Shown here in pieces: positions 10,201 through 18,114 of a stretch of 64,000 bases of DNA. Location of the stretch: contig JANVYR010000002.1 in NCBI GenBank assembly GCA_030059665.1, positions 480,001 to 544,000 of the forward strand, in the 5' to 3' direction. Numbering within the stretch: the first letter of the stretch is position 1; each line of letters starts with the position of its first letter. This DNA is from Candidatus Calditenuis fumarioli. Its GTDB lineage: Archaea > Thermoproteota > Nitrososphaeria_A > Caldarchaeales > Calditenuaceae. Position numbers and translations under genes: made by a program. The notes below the pieces were generated by a model. That model did not search any database. It worked only from the letters and a program-made list of their open reading frames with translations, and was not told where the DNA came from.

Positions 10201-11541
10201 GCGACCGTAGACGTTCCCAGGTAGGGGTGGGGGACCTGTAGCTGTTTCGCGGAGGGTGTGGCGCCCCTCACCCAACAGGAGGTCTATTGTGCGTATCAGA
10301 TCTTCAAGGACCCTGTCTCGGTCTTCCCTTGACGTGCTGAGCACCTCAAGCACGGGAAGGTCCAGACCAGCCCCCCTCAGCCTGCTGATCACCACGTCGG
10401 CGGCGTCCTTCTTCTCGACGACGAAGAGCGCCCTCTTCCCCTCGGCGGCCAGCATGACCAGCAGATTCGCTATGGTCTGGCTCTTGCCTGTGCCAGGAGG
10501 TCCGTGAACCACGAGGTTCTCGCCCCTGAGGGCTCTTCGGATAACCCTCACCTGCGACTCGTCTGCAGGCAGAGGTGTGAGCAGTCCGTCGAGTTCGTAT
10601 GGCTCGGGATCGTCGTTGGACGGTGGTTCACGTGGTGCCGCTGTGGTGTCGCCGCAGATCGCCCTGATGACCGGGTGTTTGAGCATCTCTCCGCGAAGCT
10701 CCATTGCGTCGTAGTAGATCGCCATGTCTGGAAACCCGAGCATCGCAAACCAGCACCGCCTCTTGACACCCTGGAAGAACCATCGACCTTTGAAGGCGTC
10801 CTCAAGAGCGTCTATGGCGCGGTTCAATTCCTCAACCGAGGTGAAGTACTCCTCGTCACCGGCGAGCCCTCCGCTGCGTCTCCCAATCGTCTCCTTCAGG
10901 TCGATCTCGTAGAGCTTCTGAAGGTAGACTCGCAGAGCTGGATTCAGCCTGAACCCGTCCTCGTCTAGAGTGACCTCGTAAATTTTCCTTCCCTCCCTTC
11001 GCCTAGGTCTTGCGGAGATGCTGCACCTGGCGATGAAGAGGGGTGAGCCAACGACCTGCTTCCCCTCGTTACCGGTGCCGTGCTGGCGGCGCCCCTCGGG
11101 TTCCCGCCATAGCAGCAGACCGTAGATCAAGTAAACGGATCCCGACCCTGTCTCGCTTCGTCGCTCCCTGTCGCGCCACATCATGCGGTTAACAAGATCG
11201 ACGAGGTCCTGATCGTCGGTTATTTTCAGCTCCTTCTCGACCGCCTCCCTATCGATGAATCGATCGGAGCCTGACACTACGGACCAGTCGTCCACGTTGA
11301 CGGCCAGCAGCTGCGCGCTTCCACCGTCCTCGTCCAATACCTCGTAGAGGATGTCCTCTCGAAGCGGGATGCATCTGGCCAGAACGCGGTCGCTGACTGA
11401 GAAGTAGAGCGACCTGTTCCTTCTGGAGATGTCGATGAGTCTCAGTAGAAATTTCTCGAGTCTCTCCTGTACTTTGATCGCGTGCTCGTCGCCGCTTACC
11501 CGTCGGCCCATCCCGGGCGTTCGAACGTCTTGGCCCTTCAC
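7219..11541 (-). CDS. DUF4011 - SF1 (UPF1/DNA2-like) helicase - C-terminal Vsr/MTES_1575-like endonuclease; Hhe-like defence protein (start possibly ATG 11511)
   Basis: N-terminal LIDISRRNRSLYF; Walker A GPPGTGKSQT; FDEASQV; VGDEQQMPP; ETVQGREAD; RINVLISRAR; C-terminal SPFEEEV...YRIDIGV...GIECDG.LYH...RERD..RQ..LE.LGWRIYRIWS. Confidence 0.88.
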   Translation of the reverse strand: MKGQDVRTPGMGRRVSGDEHAIKVQERLEKFLLRLIDISRRNRSLYFSVSDRVLARCIPLREDILYEVLDEDGGSAQLLAVNVDDWSVVSGSDRFIDREAVEKELKITDDQDLVDLVNRMMWRDRERRSETGSGSVYLIYGLLLWREPEGRRQHGTGNEGKQVVGSPLFIARCSISARPRRREGRKIYEVTLDEDGFRLNPALRVYLQKLYEIDLKETIGRRSGGLAGDEEYFTSVEELNRAIDALEDAFKGRWFFQGVKRRCWFAMLGFPDMAIYYDAMELRGEMLKHPVIRAICGDTTAAPREPPSNDDPEPYELDGLLTPLPADESQVRVIRRALRGENLVVHGPPGTGKSQTIANLLVMLAAEGKRALFVVEKKDAADVVISRLRGAGLDLPVLEVLSTSREDRDRVLEDLIRTIDLLLGEGRHTLRETATGPPPLPGNVYGRYSEYLALVSGNEMRHDLAIASKALLEKREKVQVLRQLLAEHGRDTVRRWFEEQKYSAAILSAFELREETGQRTLDPALFQTVAWLRSRLGLEQNPSAEELSLAISYLASSMRLLNWLQGQRSVGECVKLLNVVTDGLKVKLSIRKLQRALELTRQILELDGKIDHLSQEVKDIDELMMRLFPRGLISRIKTILLGHRHLAQWAHELRRYGIEPDTARKEIKRQLYYQRDRTLSELEYASNLREELVNELRQLLGHAVDKMPTIELERALRRLLDGRERALEALGFEPSPDGEDELLAYAQQFFDTELDLQGLAKRLGDLRGFLQWLIDAEAVRKDLVLPELLDRTVIVLEDLAESDSFGIQLQRLLDLAGVIADREFSRFVDRLLENFGSFDELTEVWESIVAYERSGNKLRRALVSLLSEVREGPKGAMQKLIGYYDGLYTHGDGQRLGEGRSVALAALALRSKVIHTIRLNLGLRTLPGGPRLFKGPIMRLRELAAHQLKIRRRRPLVRIMRDHLNEILLVKPVLIMTPLMVSTLLRGLKGQLFDVVVFDEASQVQTERALPAIARGRQVIVVGDEQQMPPTDYFTRRIEQQEDEEGEEIETPEGLLEACLNTNSSGFRVFGEEWLRWYYRGEHESLIAFSNAYFYDNRLVVYPSADPNDRRVRFFFVENGNYISKTGVNPNEAAVVLWRLIEAVKSKEYKSILIVAMNERQQDAIKGLIEDYKAQSQSDRRGPMDRERLRAFRYAKHLTVPLPYREREVADLIDEMEEDGRLLVRNLETVQGREADLVIISMTYGPVEGVVRKTFGPINNEGGERRINVLISRARKMLWVVSSMKYDMIRVNDNDPRGVRVLRDFLEYAERGGASHPHIEPFDSPFEEEVFKRLQAALTNEGLNKEVELVPQVGVGRYRIDIGVLHNGRFILGIECDGRLYHSHRTARERDWIRQRHLERLGWRIYRIWSSEWWINPEGVIEDVLMHIREAVANGALTKN

Positions 11542-11718
11542 ATGTTATAAACAATTTCCTTTGATAATGCGTTGTGGCTCGATTCGCGGGTCCCCAGGGC
11601 TTCACTACTAGCGGTTGGAAAACGGATGGTATCCCAGTCGCTCCGAAGTTCTTGTGAACTCGTCCTCTCTCGGAAGTTCTGGCGTTAAGTCGTGAGTCCA
11701 TGACTCCTGGCCGTTCAG

Positions 11719-11845
<127 letters not shown>

Positions 11846-11870
11846 TCACGATTACTGCTGTTTCATGCTA

Positions 11871-11880
11871 CTATTTAAAA
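11871..11880 (-). promoter_or_regulatory. TATA box of tRNA-Lys(UUU)
   Basis: TTTTAAATAG on the minus strand about 25 nt upstream of tRNA G1. Confidence 0.6.
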
Positions 11881-12164
11881 CTAGTAATTAAGGGGAAGTT
11901 TTACGTCAAACTGAGAATATTAGGGAAATTGCTAAGAGAAGACGGCATGTTGTTACATAGATGGGAGAGATAAATAAATGTTGACTTTGAGAAGAGGAGA
12001 AGGAAATGAAGGGAGGGGTTAACTAGCGGACGGTCATTAGTATTGCTTAGGGGAGCCGAATGAGGACCTCAGGCACTGGGCTTTTAACTGCTTCATCCCC
12101 CCTAACGGTAGGTCTGCACTCGTCGCTCTTCTGCCGAGACCCCATCCGGCTCTTTCCCCCATTT

Positions 12165-12923
12165 TCACTCCTTCACCGCTTTCAGTGCTTTCTTTATGGT
12201 TTTCAAAACCTCCCGCACCTCTTTTCTCTTGATCTTCCGTCTTCTCTTTACGCTGACGGTCAACGAATTTACGGCTTCCCTCAGGGTTTTATTCAGCCAG
12301 CAATAAGACATCACCTTCCTCAGCCCTAGGCTGAAGTCGACAAATAATAGCAGTTGGACCAAGGCCACTCTTCCGTAGAGGCATCTCTTTGAGTTGATTC
12401 CCAATCTCTCCGATATCTGATGGATCGGTAGGAAGCTTCTCGCCAGCGAGTCTATCTCCCTGGCCAGTTTATCTTTCCGCCTTCTGAGCGATCTGATCAG
12501 CTGGTTATAATGCACCTTAGTCTCCTCATCACCTGCTTGACGCGACAGTTGCTTCACTAGTTTCAGTTGCCCTTTCGTCATCCTATATTCGTGTAGAAGC
12601 ATCCGTATCTTCAGCTCGTTTTCCGTTAACTCCCTGAAGAATTGCTGGGGTATTCTCATTAACGCCTTAACGTCATTCTCATCGCTCTTAGTTTCTCTGT
12701 ACTTCTTAATGACGTCCGTCCTCTTCAGGTAGAATATTCTGATGCCTCTTGCCAATAGCTTCTCGAACTCCTGATATCTGGTCAGCTGGATAGCGTCTAC
12801 ATAGAGTTCGTCTCCGGCTTGAGCTGGTATGTCGCTAAGCTCCTTGAACCTCATAACGACACCGTCTGCTACGACCACGTGATCCTTCCTCCAGTGGACG
12901 TCAGCGTAGAACTTTTTGGACAT
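12165..12923 (-). CDS. Short IS110-family-like (DEDD) transposase/recombinase, 252 aa from MSKK; possibly defective
   Basis: FYADVH, ELYVDA and KSDENDVKAL (KTDxxDA-like) RuvC-type motifs, coiled coil, LRKVMSYCWL followed directly by NKTLREAV; Lys-rich non-host codon usage. Confidence 0.65.
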   Translation of the reverse strand: MSKKFYADVHWRKDHVVVADGVVMRFKELSDIPAQAGDELYVDAIQLTRYQEFEKLLARGIRIFYLKRTDVIKKYRETKSDENDVKALMRIPQQFFRELTENELKIRMLLHEYRMTKGQLKLVKQLSRQAGDEETKVHYNQLIRSLRRRKDKLAREIDSLARSFLPIHQISERLGINSKRCLYGRVALVQLLLFVDFSLGLRKVMSYCWLNKTLREAVNSLTVSVKRRRKIKRKEVREVLKTIKKALKAVKE

Positions 12924-13411
12924 TTTCTTATCCCATCCCCTTTTCGCAGATTCCCCGATGGGGGCGTCACGCCCGAAGATGCCAACGGAGGGCGCGCCCT
13001 CTTCACCCGGGCTGGGGACCGCGACTGCCTCTGGGTTAACTCCGGCGTCCTGAACAATTTCACCACTCATTCTATCACCCAATGACAAGTCCTCAAGACC
13101 ATCCATCTCGCTAAGTAGTTTTCAGTGAAAGCTACTCAAACTTTGCCTTTCAGCAACCCTTTCACTGGCTTTCGGTGGCTTTCTGAGAGGAATGCAGGGG
13201 CTAGTTCTATCGCGTTTATGCCCCAACACCATACATGGAATGTTGAGCATTTGAGCATCTTATGGTCTCACAGTGGATTGATCTCGAGGGAGGGAGTTCT
13301 GAAGGCGATGATGGATCAAGCTGATGAAATGCAGTCGAGCAGTCGATAGGAGTGAAGCAGGTATAACGAGGGATGAAGATTTCTGAAGATTTCTTTCATG
13401 TTTCATATTCT

Positions 13412-13447
13412 AAAGCCGGCCGCTCTTCCTGGCTGAGCTACGGGCCC
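13412..13447 (-). pseudogene. 5' fragment of a tRNA-Lys-like gene (positions 1-35), intron-free
   Basis: GGGCCCGTAGCTCAGCCAGGAAGAGCGGCCGGCTTT, then unrelated AT-rich sequence; TTTAAT box about 30 nt upstream. Confidence 0.75.
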
Positions 13448-13479
13448 CACGAATTTCAACGCGCCGCTGGATTAAAGGA

Positions 13480-14382
13480 TCACCTGGTCCCGGAGCGCTC
13501 CGGTTCCGAGGGGCCGGTGTAGAGGGCCTCGAGGTCCGGTTCCAGATCCGCATAACCGGATGCGAGCTGCTCGGGCCTGAAGTCCTTGATGGCGCCGCAG
13601 GAGGTGCAGTGGATCCGCAGGAGGTAGTCGCCCTCGACGGCCCGCTTGATCTCCTCCTCCCCCGGCATCTGGACGTTGACGTTCTCCTTGCAGACCTCGC
13701 ACCGGTACGTGAAGGTCTGACCGTTTCCTTTGACGGGAATCTCCTCGATCAGCAGCCCTCCGACCAGGTACATCCTCGCCACGGGGAGCGAGATCCCCCT
13801 ACCCCTCAGGGCGTCCCTGAGCCTCCTCACCTCCAGCTCCCTCTCCTGGAGCAGCTTCCGGGCGTCGTTGAGGCTCCGCTCGATCATCGAGAACATCCAC
13901 GCCGGAACGTACTTGTCCCTCACCGCGGGAACGAGGGCGTTCGCGAGCAGGTTCCTGACGCGCTCCCTCACCGACTCGTCCACGTGCGGAACCGATTTGG
14001 ATCTGAGGGCCTCGCTCAGCCTCTTCAGGAGGTCCGAGAGTTTCGATAACGCCTCGACGTCCACGCTGCCGGAGGACGAGAGCACCGCGATCAGCGCGTC
14101 GAGCTCCTCCCTGAGGGCCCTCAGCTCCTCGAGCTCCTCCCTCTCCCTCGCTGCCTTACGCTCGATCAGCTCGGTCAGGAAACCCGAGAGCCTTCCGCCA
14201 TGCACGAGCTCCCCACTGGTGAGTATGGAGTGGACCTCCTCGATCAGCTGAGCGGCCTCCCTCGGATCCATGCCGATGCGATCCACCGCGTCCACCAGCT
14301 CGCCGTACCTCGAGTAAGGGATGAACCGCTCCAACGCCTCTGCCACGGCCTTCGGGGGAGGAATTAACGCGTCACCGGACAA
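13480..14382 (-). CDS. Hypothetical helical/coiled-coil protein with C-terminal Zn-binding domain
   Basis: CEVC and CTSC pairs near the C-terminus; E/L/R-rich coiled coil. Confidence 0.7.
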   Translation of the reverse strand: MSGDALIPPPKAVAEALERFIPYSRYGELVDAVDRIGMDPREAAQLIEEVHSILTSGELVHGGRLSGFLTELIERKAAREREELEELRALREELDALIAVLSSSGSVDVEALSKLSDLLKRLSEALRSKSVPHVDESVRERVRNLLANALVPAVRDKYVPAWMFSMIERSLNDARKLLQERELEVRRLRDALRGRGISLPVARMYLVGGLLIEEIPVKGNGQTFTYRCEVCKENVNVQMPGEEEIKRAVEGDYLLRIHCTSCGAIKDFRPEQLASGYADLEPDLEALYTGPSEPERSGTR

Positions 14383-14467
14383 CCACCGGAGAAGTATCAG
14401 GGTAATTCGGAAGTATCACGCAGGTGATCCCGGCAACGTTAACACCGCGCACCGCACTTCTACCGTC

Positions 14468-14887
14468 GTGAAGGTGCGGAGGTTCGAGTACAGGATCAAG
14501 ACGAAAGGCGAGGGTGACATCAGGGACCTCACCGGGCTGGTCGAGGACAGCGTGGCCAAGTCCGAGGTGAGGGAGGGCGTCGTGAACGTCTTCGTCGTCG
14601 GGTCGACCGCTGCGGTCTCGACGATGGAGTACGAACCCGGGCTCATCGAGGACGTCTCGGCAGCGCTCGAGAGGATAGCGCCCCGCAACGCGGAGTACAA
14701 GCATCACCTCAGGTGGGGAGACGACAACGGCCGCTCTCACGTCCGGGCCACGATCATCGGCCCCAGCCTGACCGTCCCAGTCTCCGGAGGGAGGCCCATC
14801 CTCGGGACCTGGCAGCAGGTTGTCCTCCTGGAGCTCGACACGCGGCCAAGAGAGCGGAGCTTAGTAATCACCGTGATGGGCGAGTGA
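14468..14887 (+). CDS. YjbQ/UPF0047 family protein (secondary thiamine-phosphate synthase-like)
   Basis: HHLRWGDDNGRSHVRATIIGPSLTVPV...LGTWQQVVLLELD; GTG start at 14468. Confidence 0.9.
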   Translation: MKVRRFEYRIKTKGEGDIRDLTGLVEDSVAKSEVREGVVNVFVVGSTAAVSTMEYEPGLIEDVSAALERIAPRNAEYKHHLRWGDDNGRSHVRATIIGPSLTVPVSGGRPILGTWQQVVLLELDTRPRERSLVITVMGE

Positions 14888-16303
14888 GGACCTCTCGTGC
14901 GCCCTCAGGTCGGGGTACGTGACGCCCCTGAGCAGCAGCAGGACCGGGATGACGACCGCGAGGCCGAGCCCGAAGGAGCCGATCGCAGGCGCGAGGGGGG
15001 ATGGTCCGGTCGATGGGGCGGAGAGCGAGGCCGAGATCGGGAACCACATCAGCTGAGACCCTATGCTGCCGCCGAGCACCCTCATGAACGCGAGCATTGA
15101 GGTGACGATCCCGAGCGTCTCGCGGCTTGCCAACGTCTGGGTGGCGATCAAGGTCGGAGGGACCACCATGCCCATCCCGAAGCCCAGCATCATCAGCGCC
15201 GGAACGATCAGGACCAGGCTCCCCTGAAGCGCTGCCAGGGAGAGGAGAGCCATGCTCCCCGCGAGGAGGGAGACGCCAAGCCTGATGATGCCTGCGACCT
15301 CGTGGTTGACGACGAGCCTCGAGGCTATGTTGGCGGCCACGACCCATCCGAGGGTCCCGGAGACGATGATGAGGCCTGAGGTGGTGGGGTCGAATCCGAG
15401 GCCCCACTGGAGCACCGCGGGCATCACCGAGACCGTCCCGAAGAAGACTAGCCCTCCGACGAGGTTCACGGCCATCGCGGTTCCCGTGTAGCGGTCCGTC
15501 ATCGATCCGAGCGGGATGAGCGGGTTTGGGGCGCGGCGCTCGACGAGGAGGAAGAGCGCTATCGCGGCAGCACCGAGACCCACGAGGACCGGCGTGAGCT
15601 CCGGCCAACCACCCTCGGACTCGACGAGGAGCATGAGGGCTCCGGTCCCGAGCGCGAAGAGCGCGGCGCCCTTGAAGTCGAAACCGTTGCCCTTACCCCT
15701 GATCCTCGGCATGGCTCTAAGGGCTATCGCGGCCGCGGCCATACCGGGGGCGACGCCGATCAGGAAGATCCAACGCCAGCCCACGCTCTCCGTCAACCAC
15801 CCTCCGAGGAGCGGGCCCGAAGCGCTGGAGACGGCCCATACGGTCGAGGTGTAGCCCGTGACGTAGCCCCTCTCCTCCACGCGGAAGATGTCGCCGATCA
15901 CGGTGAACGTGAGCACCAGAAGCGCTCCGCCGCCGATGCCCTGCAGGACCCTGAAGGCGATGAGCGACCTCATGTCCCAGGCGAAGCCGCAGAGCAGCAT
16001 GCCGACCGTGAAGGTGATGAGGCCTGCGATGTACACGGCCTTCCGCTCGAGTACGTCCGAGAGCCTACCCCAGATCGGGCCCGAGACGGTCGAGGCCACC
16101 ATGTAGAGCGCTATCGGCCAGATGTACGCCGACCTCTCCCCCAGCTCCGCGACGACGGTGGGCATCGCGACCGAGACGACGGTCGACTCTATTGAGGCCA
16201 GGAAGACCCCTGTGGAGAGGCCGATCAGCATCAGCCGCTTCCTGCCCGGCGTCAGCCCAAGCTCGACAGGCATGACCCGAGGACGCATGGGGATTAGGCG
16301 CAA
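14861..16303 (-). CDS. MFS drug:H+ antiporter (DHA2, 14-TMS)
   Basis: WGRLSDVLERK motif A, FRVLQGIGGG, GPLLGGWLTESVGWRWIFLI. Confidence 0.88.
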   Translation of the reverse strand: MRLIPMRPRVMPVELGLTPGRKRLMLIGLSTGVFLASIESTVVSVAMPTVVAELGERSAYIWPIALYMVASTVSGPIWGRLSDVLERKAVYIAGLITFTVGMLLCGFAWDMRSLIAFRVLQGIGGGALLVLTFTVIGDIFRVEERGYVTGYTSTVWAVSSASGPLLGGWLTESVGWRWIFLIGVAPGMAAAAIALRAMPRIRGKGNGFDFKGAALFALGTGALMLLVESEGGWPELTPVLVGLGAAAIALFLLVERRAPNPLIPLGSMTDRYTGTAMAVNLVGGLVFFGTVSVMPAVLQWGLGFDPTTSGLIIVSGTLGWVVAANIASRLVVNHEVAGIIRLGVSLLAGSMALLSLAALQGSLVLIVPALMMLGFGMGMVVPPTLIATQTLASRETLGIVTSMLAFMRVLGGSIGSQLMWFPISASLSAPSTGPSPLAPAIGSFGLGLAVVIPVLLLLRGVTYPDLRAHERSSLAHHGDY

Positions 16304-16319
16304 TATGAACTGCGAACGG

Positions 16320-16985
16320 TCAAGCGCCGAGGGCCCTGAGGGCGAGTATCACCGCCAGCGCGGAGGCCGGGACCAGCACGTTGTCGTCTATCGGGCCGAA
16401 CTCGAACCTCTCCACCAGGGATGAGACCAGCCCCGCGAGGGCTCCGGGTGGGCCGAGGACCGCCAGACCGAAGGGGACGCAGAAGGCCGCCATCGCGATG
16501 TTCCCCTCGATCGCCTTGGTCCTCCTTCTGTAAATGAGGTTGCGGACCACACCGGTCACCCCGTCGCCGACCGCCATGAACATGACCGGAACGACCGCGA
16601 GCCAGACGTCGTTGACCGCGAACCCCAGGAACATGACCGCGCCCCACATCAGGATGAAGTTCACCTCGTACGCGTTCTCGGGCACCTGATACCAGTAGAG
16701 GAGCCTGCCGGTCCGGTGGGGGAGGTAGTTGCCCACCGCCAGGAGCGCGACCATGATCGCTATGGGCAGGTAGGAACGGTAGAGTAAGGGGACGAGGAGC
16801 GCTACGACGCCGCCCGCGAGGACGTGTATCAGCTTCCTGTTGAAGTAGACCGCGACCCGGTGCTCGAGGCCCCGGGCTCTCATTTCGTGGTAGGTCCATC
16901 TCGTCAGAGGGATTGCGACGAACAGGACCCAGCCGAGGAGGATCGCGGTGACAACCCACTCCGAGAGCGTTGGAGCTTCGAGCAC
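16320..16985 (-). CDS. Dolichol/phytol kinase-like membrane protein (cytidylyltransferase-like family)
   Basis: RKLIHVLAGG, MAVGDGVTGVV, KAIEGNIAM, DDNVLVP motifs. Confidence 0.8.
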   Translation of the reverse strand: MLEAPTLSEWVVTAILLGWVLFVAIPLTRWTYHEMRARGLEHRVAVYFNRKLIHVLAGGVVALLVPLLYRSYLPIAIMVALLAVGNYLPHRTGRLLYWYQVPENAYEVNFILMWGAVMFLGFAVNDVWLAVVPVMFMAVGDGVTGVVRNLIYRRRTKAIEGNIAMAAFCVPFGLAVLGPPGALAGLVSSLVERFEFGPIDDNVLVPASALAVILALRALGA

Positions 16986-17302
16986 GTCGTCCTCGGTTCC
17001 GTCGTCCGAGATATGACTTCCTGGGGAGAGGCCATCGGAGAAAATTGCGGTGGTCGGGGAGCTTGGGCGATGTCAAAAGGCAACTAAGGTAATACCATTT
17101 TTCAGCATCTGATAAGTGCTCTGAATTGAGTTGATATTGAGATTCAATCTCTCGCGCATCGAGCAGCATATATAAATCACCTATATGAATTTTGCTGAAG
17201 ACGACCCCCATCATCTTAAAATAGAGGTCAAAAATTCGTCCGTGCGAAGGGGTGGCGCGGCGGGAAGCCGCGCAGAGCCCGAAAATCCCGGAATCGGGAA
17301 CG

Positions 17303-17410
17303 GTGATCCCGAGAGAGGGAGTTGAAAGATCTCCGCTATCAGCGCCTGCACGTCCAGTCCCGTTTCGCTCAGTGATCCCGCGAGAGAGTCGAAAGCTGCG
17401 GAATTGAAAG
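17303..17410 (+). CRISPR. Degenerate orphan CRISPR-like mini-array: repeat - 43 nt spacer - degenerate repeat - partial repeat
   Basis: GTGATCCCGAGAGAGGGAGTTGAAAG (17303-17328; TCCC/GGGA hairpin, TTGAAAG end), spacer 17329-17371, GTGATCCCGCGAGAGAGTCGAAAG (17372-17395), GGAATTGAAAG (to 17410); AT-rich leader-like tract upstream. Confidence 0.55.
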
Positions 17411-17454
17411 GGAAAAGGTTGAGTTGAGGCATCAACCTGCTCACGCGACAAGGA

Positions 17455-18042
17455 ATGGAGGCCATCAGGAGGCGCGGCTCCTTCAGCAGGTCCACTAAGG
17501 AGACGGAGGTAGAGGTCTCAATAGTCCTGGACGGCACGGGGGTCGCCGACGTCTCGACGGGCCTGAGGTTCCTGGATCACATGCTGCACCTCCTCGCGCA
17601 CCACACCAGGTCCGACCTCACGGTCAGGGCCAGGTGGGACCTCGTCCACCACGGAGTCGAGGACGTGGCCATCGCGCTGGGCAGGGCCGTCGGGGAGGCG
17701 CTGGGCGACCGGAAGGGGATCAGGCGCTTCGGTCACGCGCTGGTGCCGATGGACGAGAGCCTGGCCCTCGCAGCGGTCGACCTGGTGAGGAGGGCCCACG
17801 CATCGGTTGACCTGACGTTGTCCTCCGAGAGGATAGAGGACGTGGCGGCCGAGGACCTCCAGCACTTCGTCGAGTCTTTCGCGGTCAACATCCCGGCGGT
17901 GGTGCACGTGGAGGTGCTGAGGGGAACGAACGCCCACCACAAGGTCGAGGCCGCCTTCAAGGCCCTCGCGCTTGCCCTACGCGACGCCTGGTCCATCGAG
18001 CCCGGCTTTTCGGGCCCCAGGTCCACCAAGGGCGTCCTCTGA
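17455..18042 (+). CDS. hisB: Imidazoleglycerol-phosphate dehydratase
   Basis: RSTKETEV, FLDHML, HHGVED, NAHHKVEAAFKA. Confidence 0.95.
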   Translation: MEAIRRRGSFSRSTKETEVEVSIVLDGTGVADVSTGLRFLDHMLHLLAHHTRSDLTVRARWDLVHHGVEDVAIALGRAVGEALGDRKGIRRFGHALVPMDESLALAAVDLVRRAHASVDLTLSSERIEDVAAEDLQHFVESFAVNIPAVVHVEVLRGTNAHHKVEAAFKALALALRDAWSIEPGFSGPRSTKGVL

Positions 18043-18114
18043 CAACCCGGAGCCCAACTTCACCAATAACCGGTCTATGAAACCATCTATATCCCGGAGG
18101 AGCGCGGTCCCTCC

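Noticed and set aside
12924-13106. 61-codon N-terminal extension of the IS110-like ORF given in the track
   Set aside because: Low-complexity, no family motif; an SD-like GGGATGGGA precedes ATG 12923, which aligns with the first RuvC strand, so treated as non-coding
13290-13390. TGATG/CTGA-like words on the + strand inside the element
   Set aside because: Box spacing and guide lengths do not fit a C/D sRNA
13412-13447. Reading the fragment as a UUA-anticodon (ochre suppressor) tRNA
   Set aside because: No 3' half follows (no anticodon-stem partner, T-arm or acceptor strand)
17236-17302. GC-rich hairpins (GGCGCGGCGGGAAGCCGCGC; TCCCGGAATCGGGA) considered as SRP RNA, RNase P RNA or a TPP riboswitch
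   Set aside because: Missing RNase P P4 (GAGGAAAGUCC), SRP helix 8 and TPP (CUGAGA) signatures; better read as the leader-proximal part of the mini-array
16294-17451. 385 aa minus-strand ORF spanning the kinase gene and CRISPR-like region
   Set aside because: Out-of-frame overlap with the dolichol-kinase-like gene, R/P/G-rich shadow composition; long ORFs arise by chance at this GC
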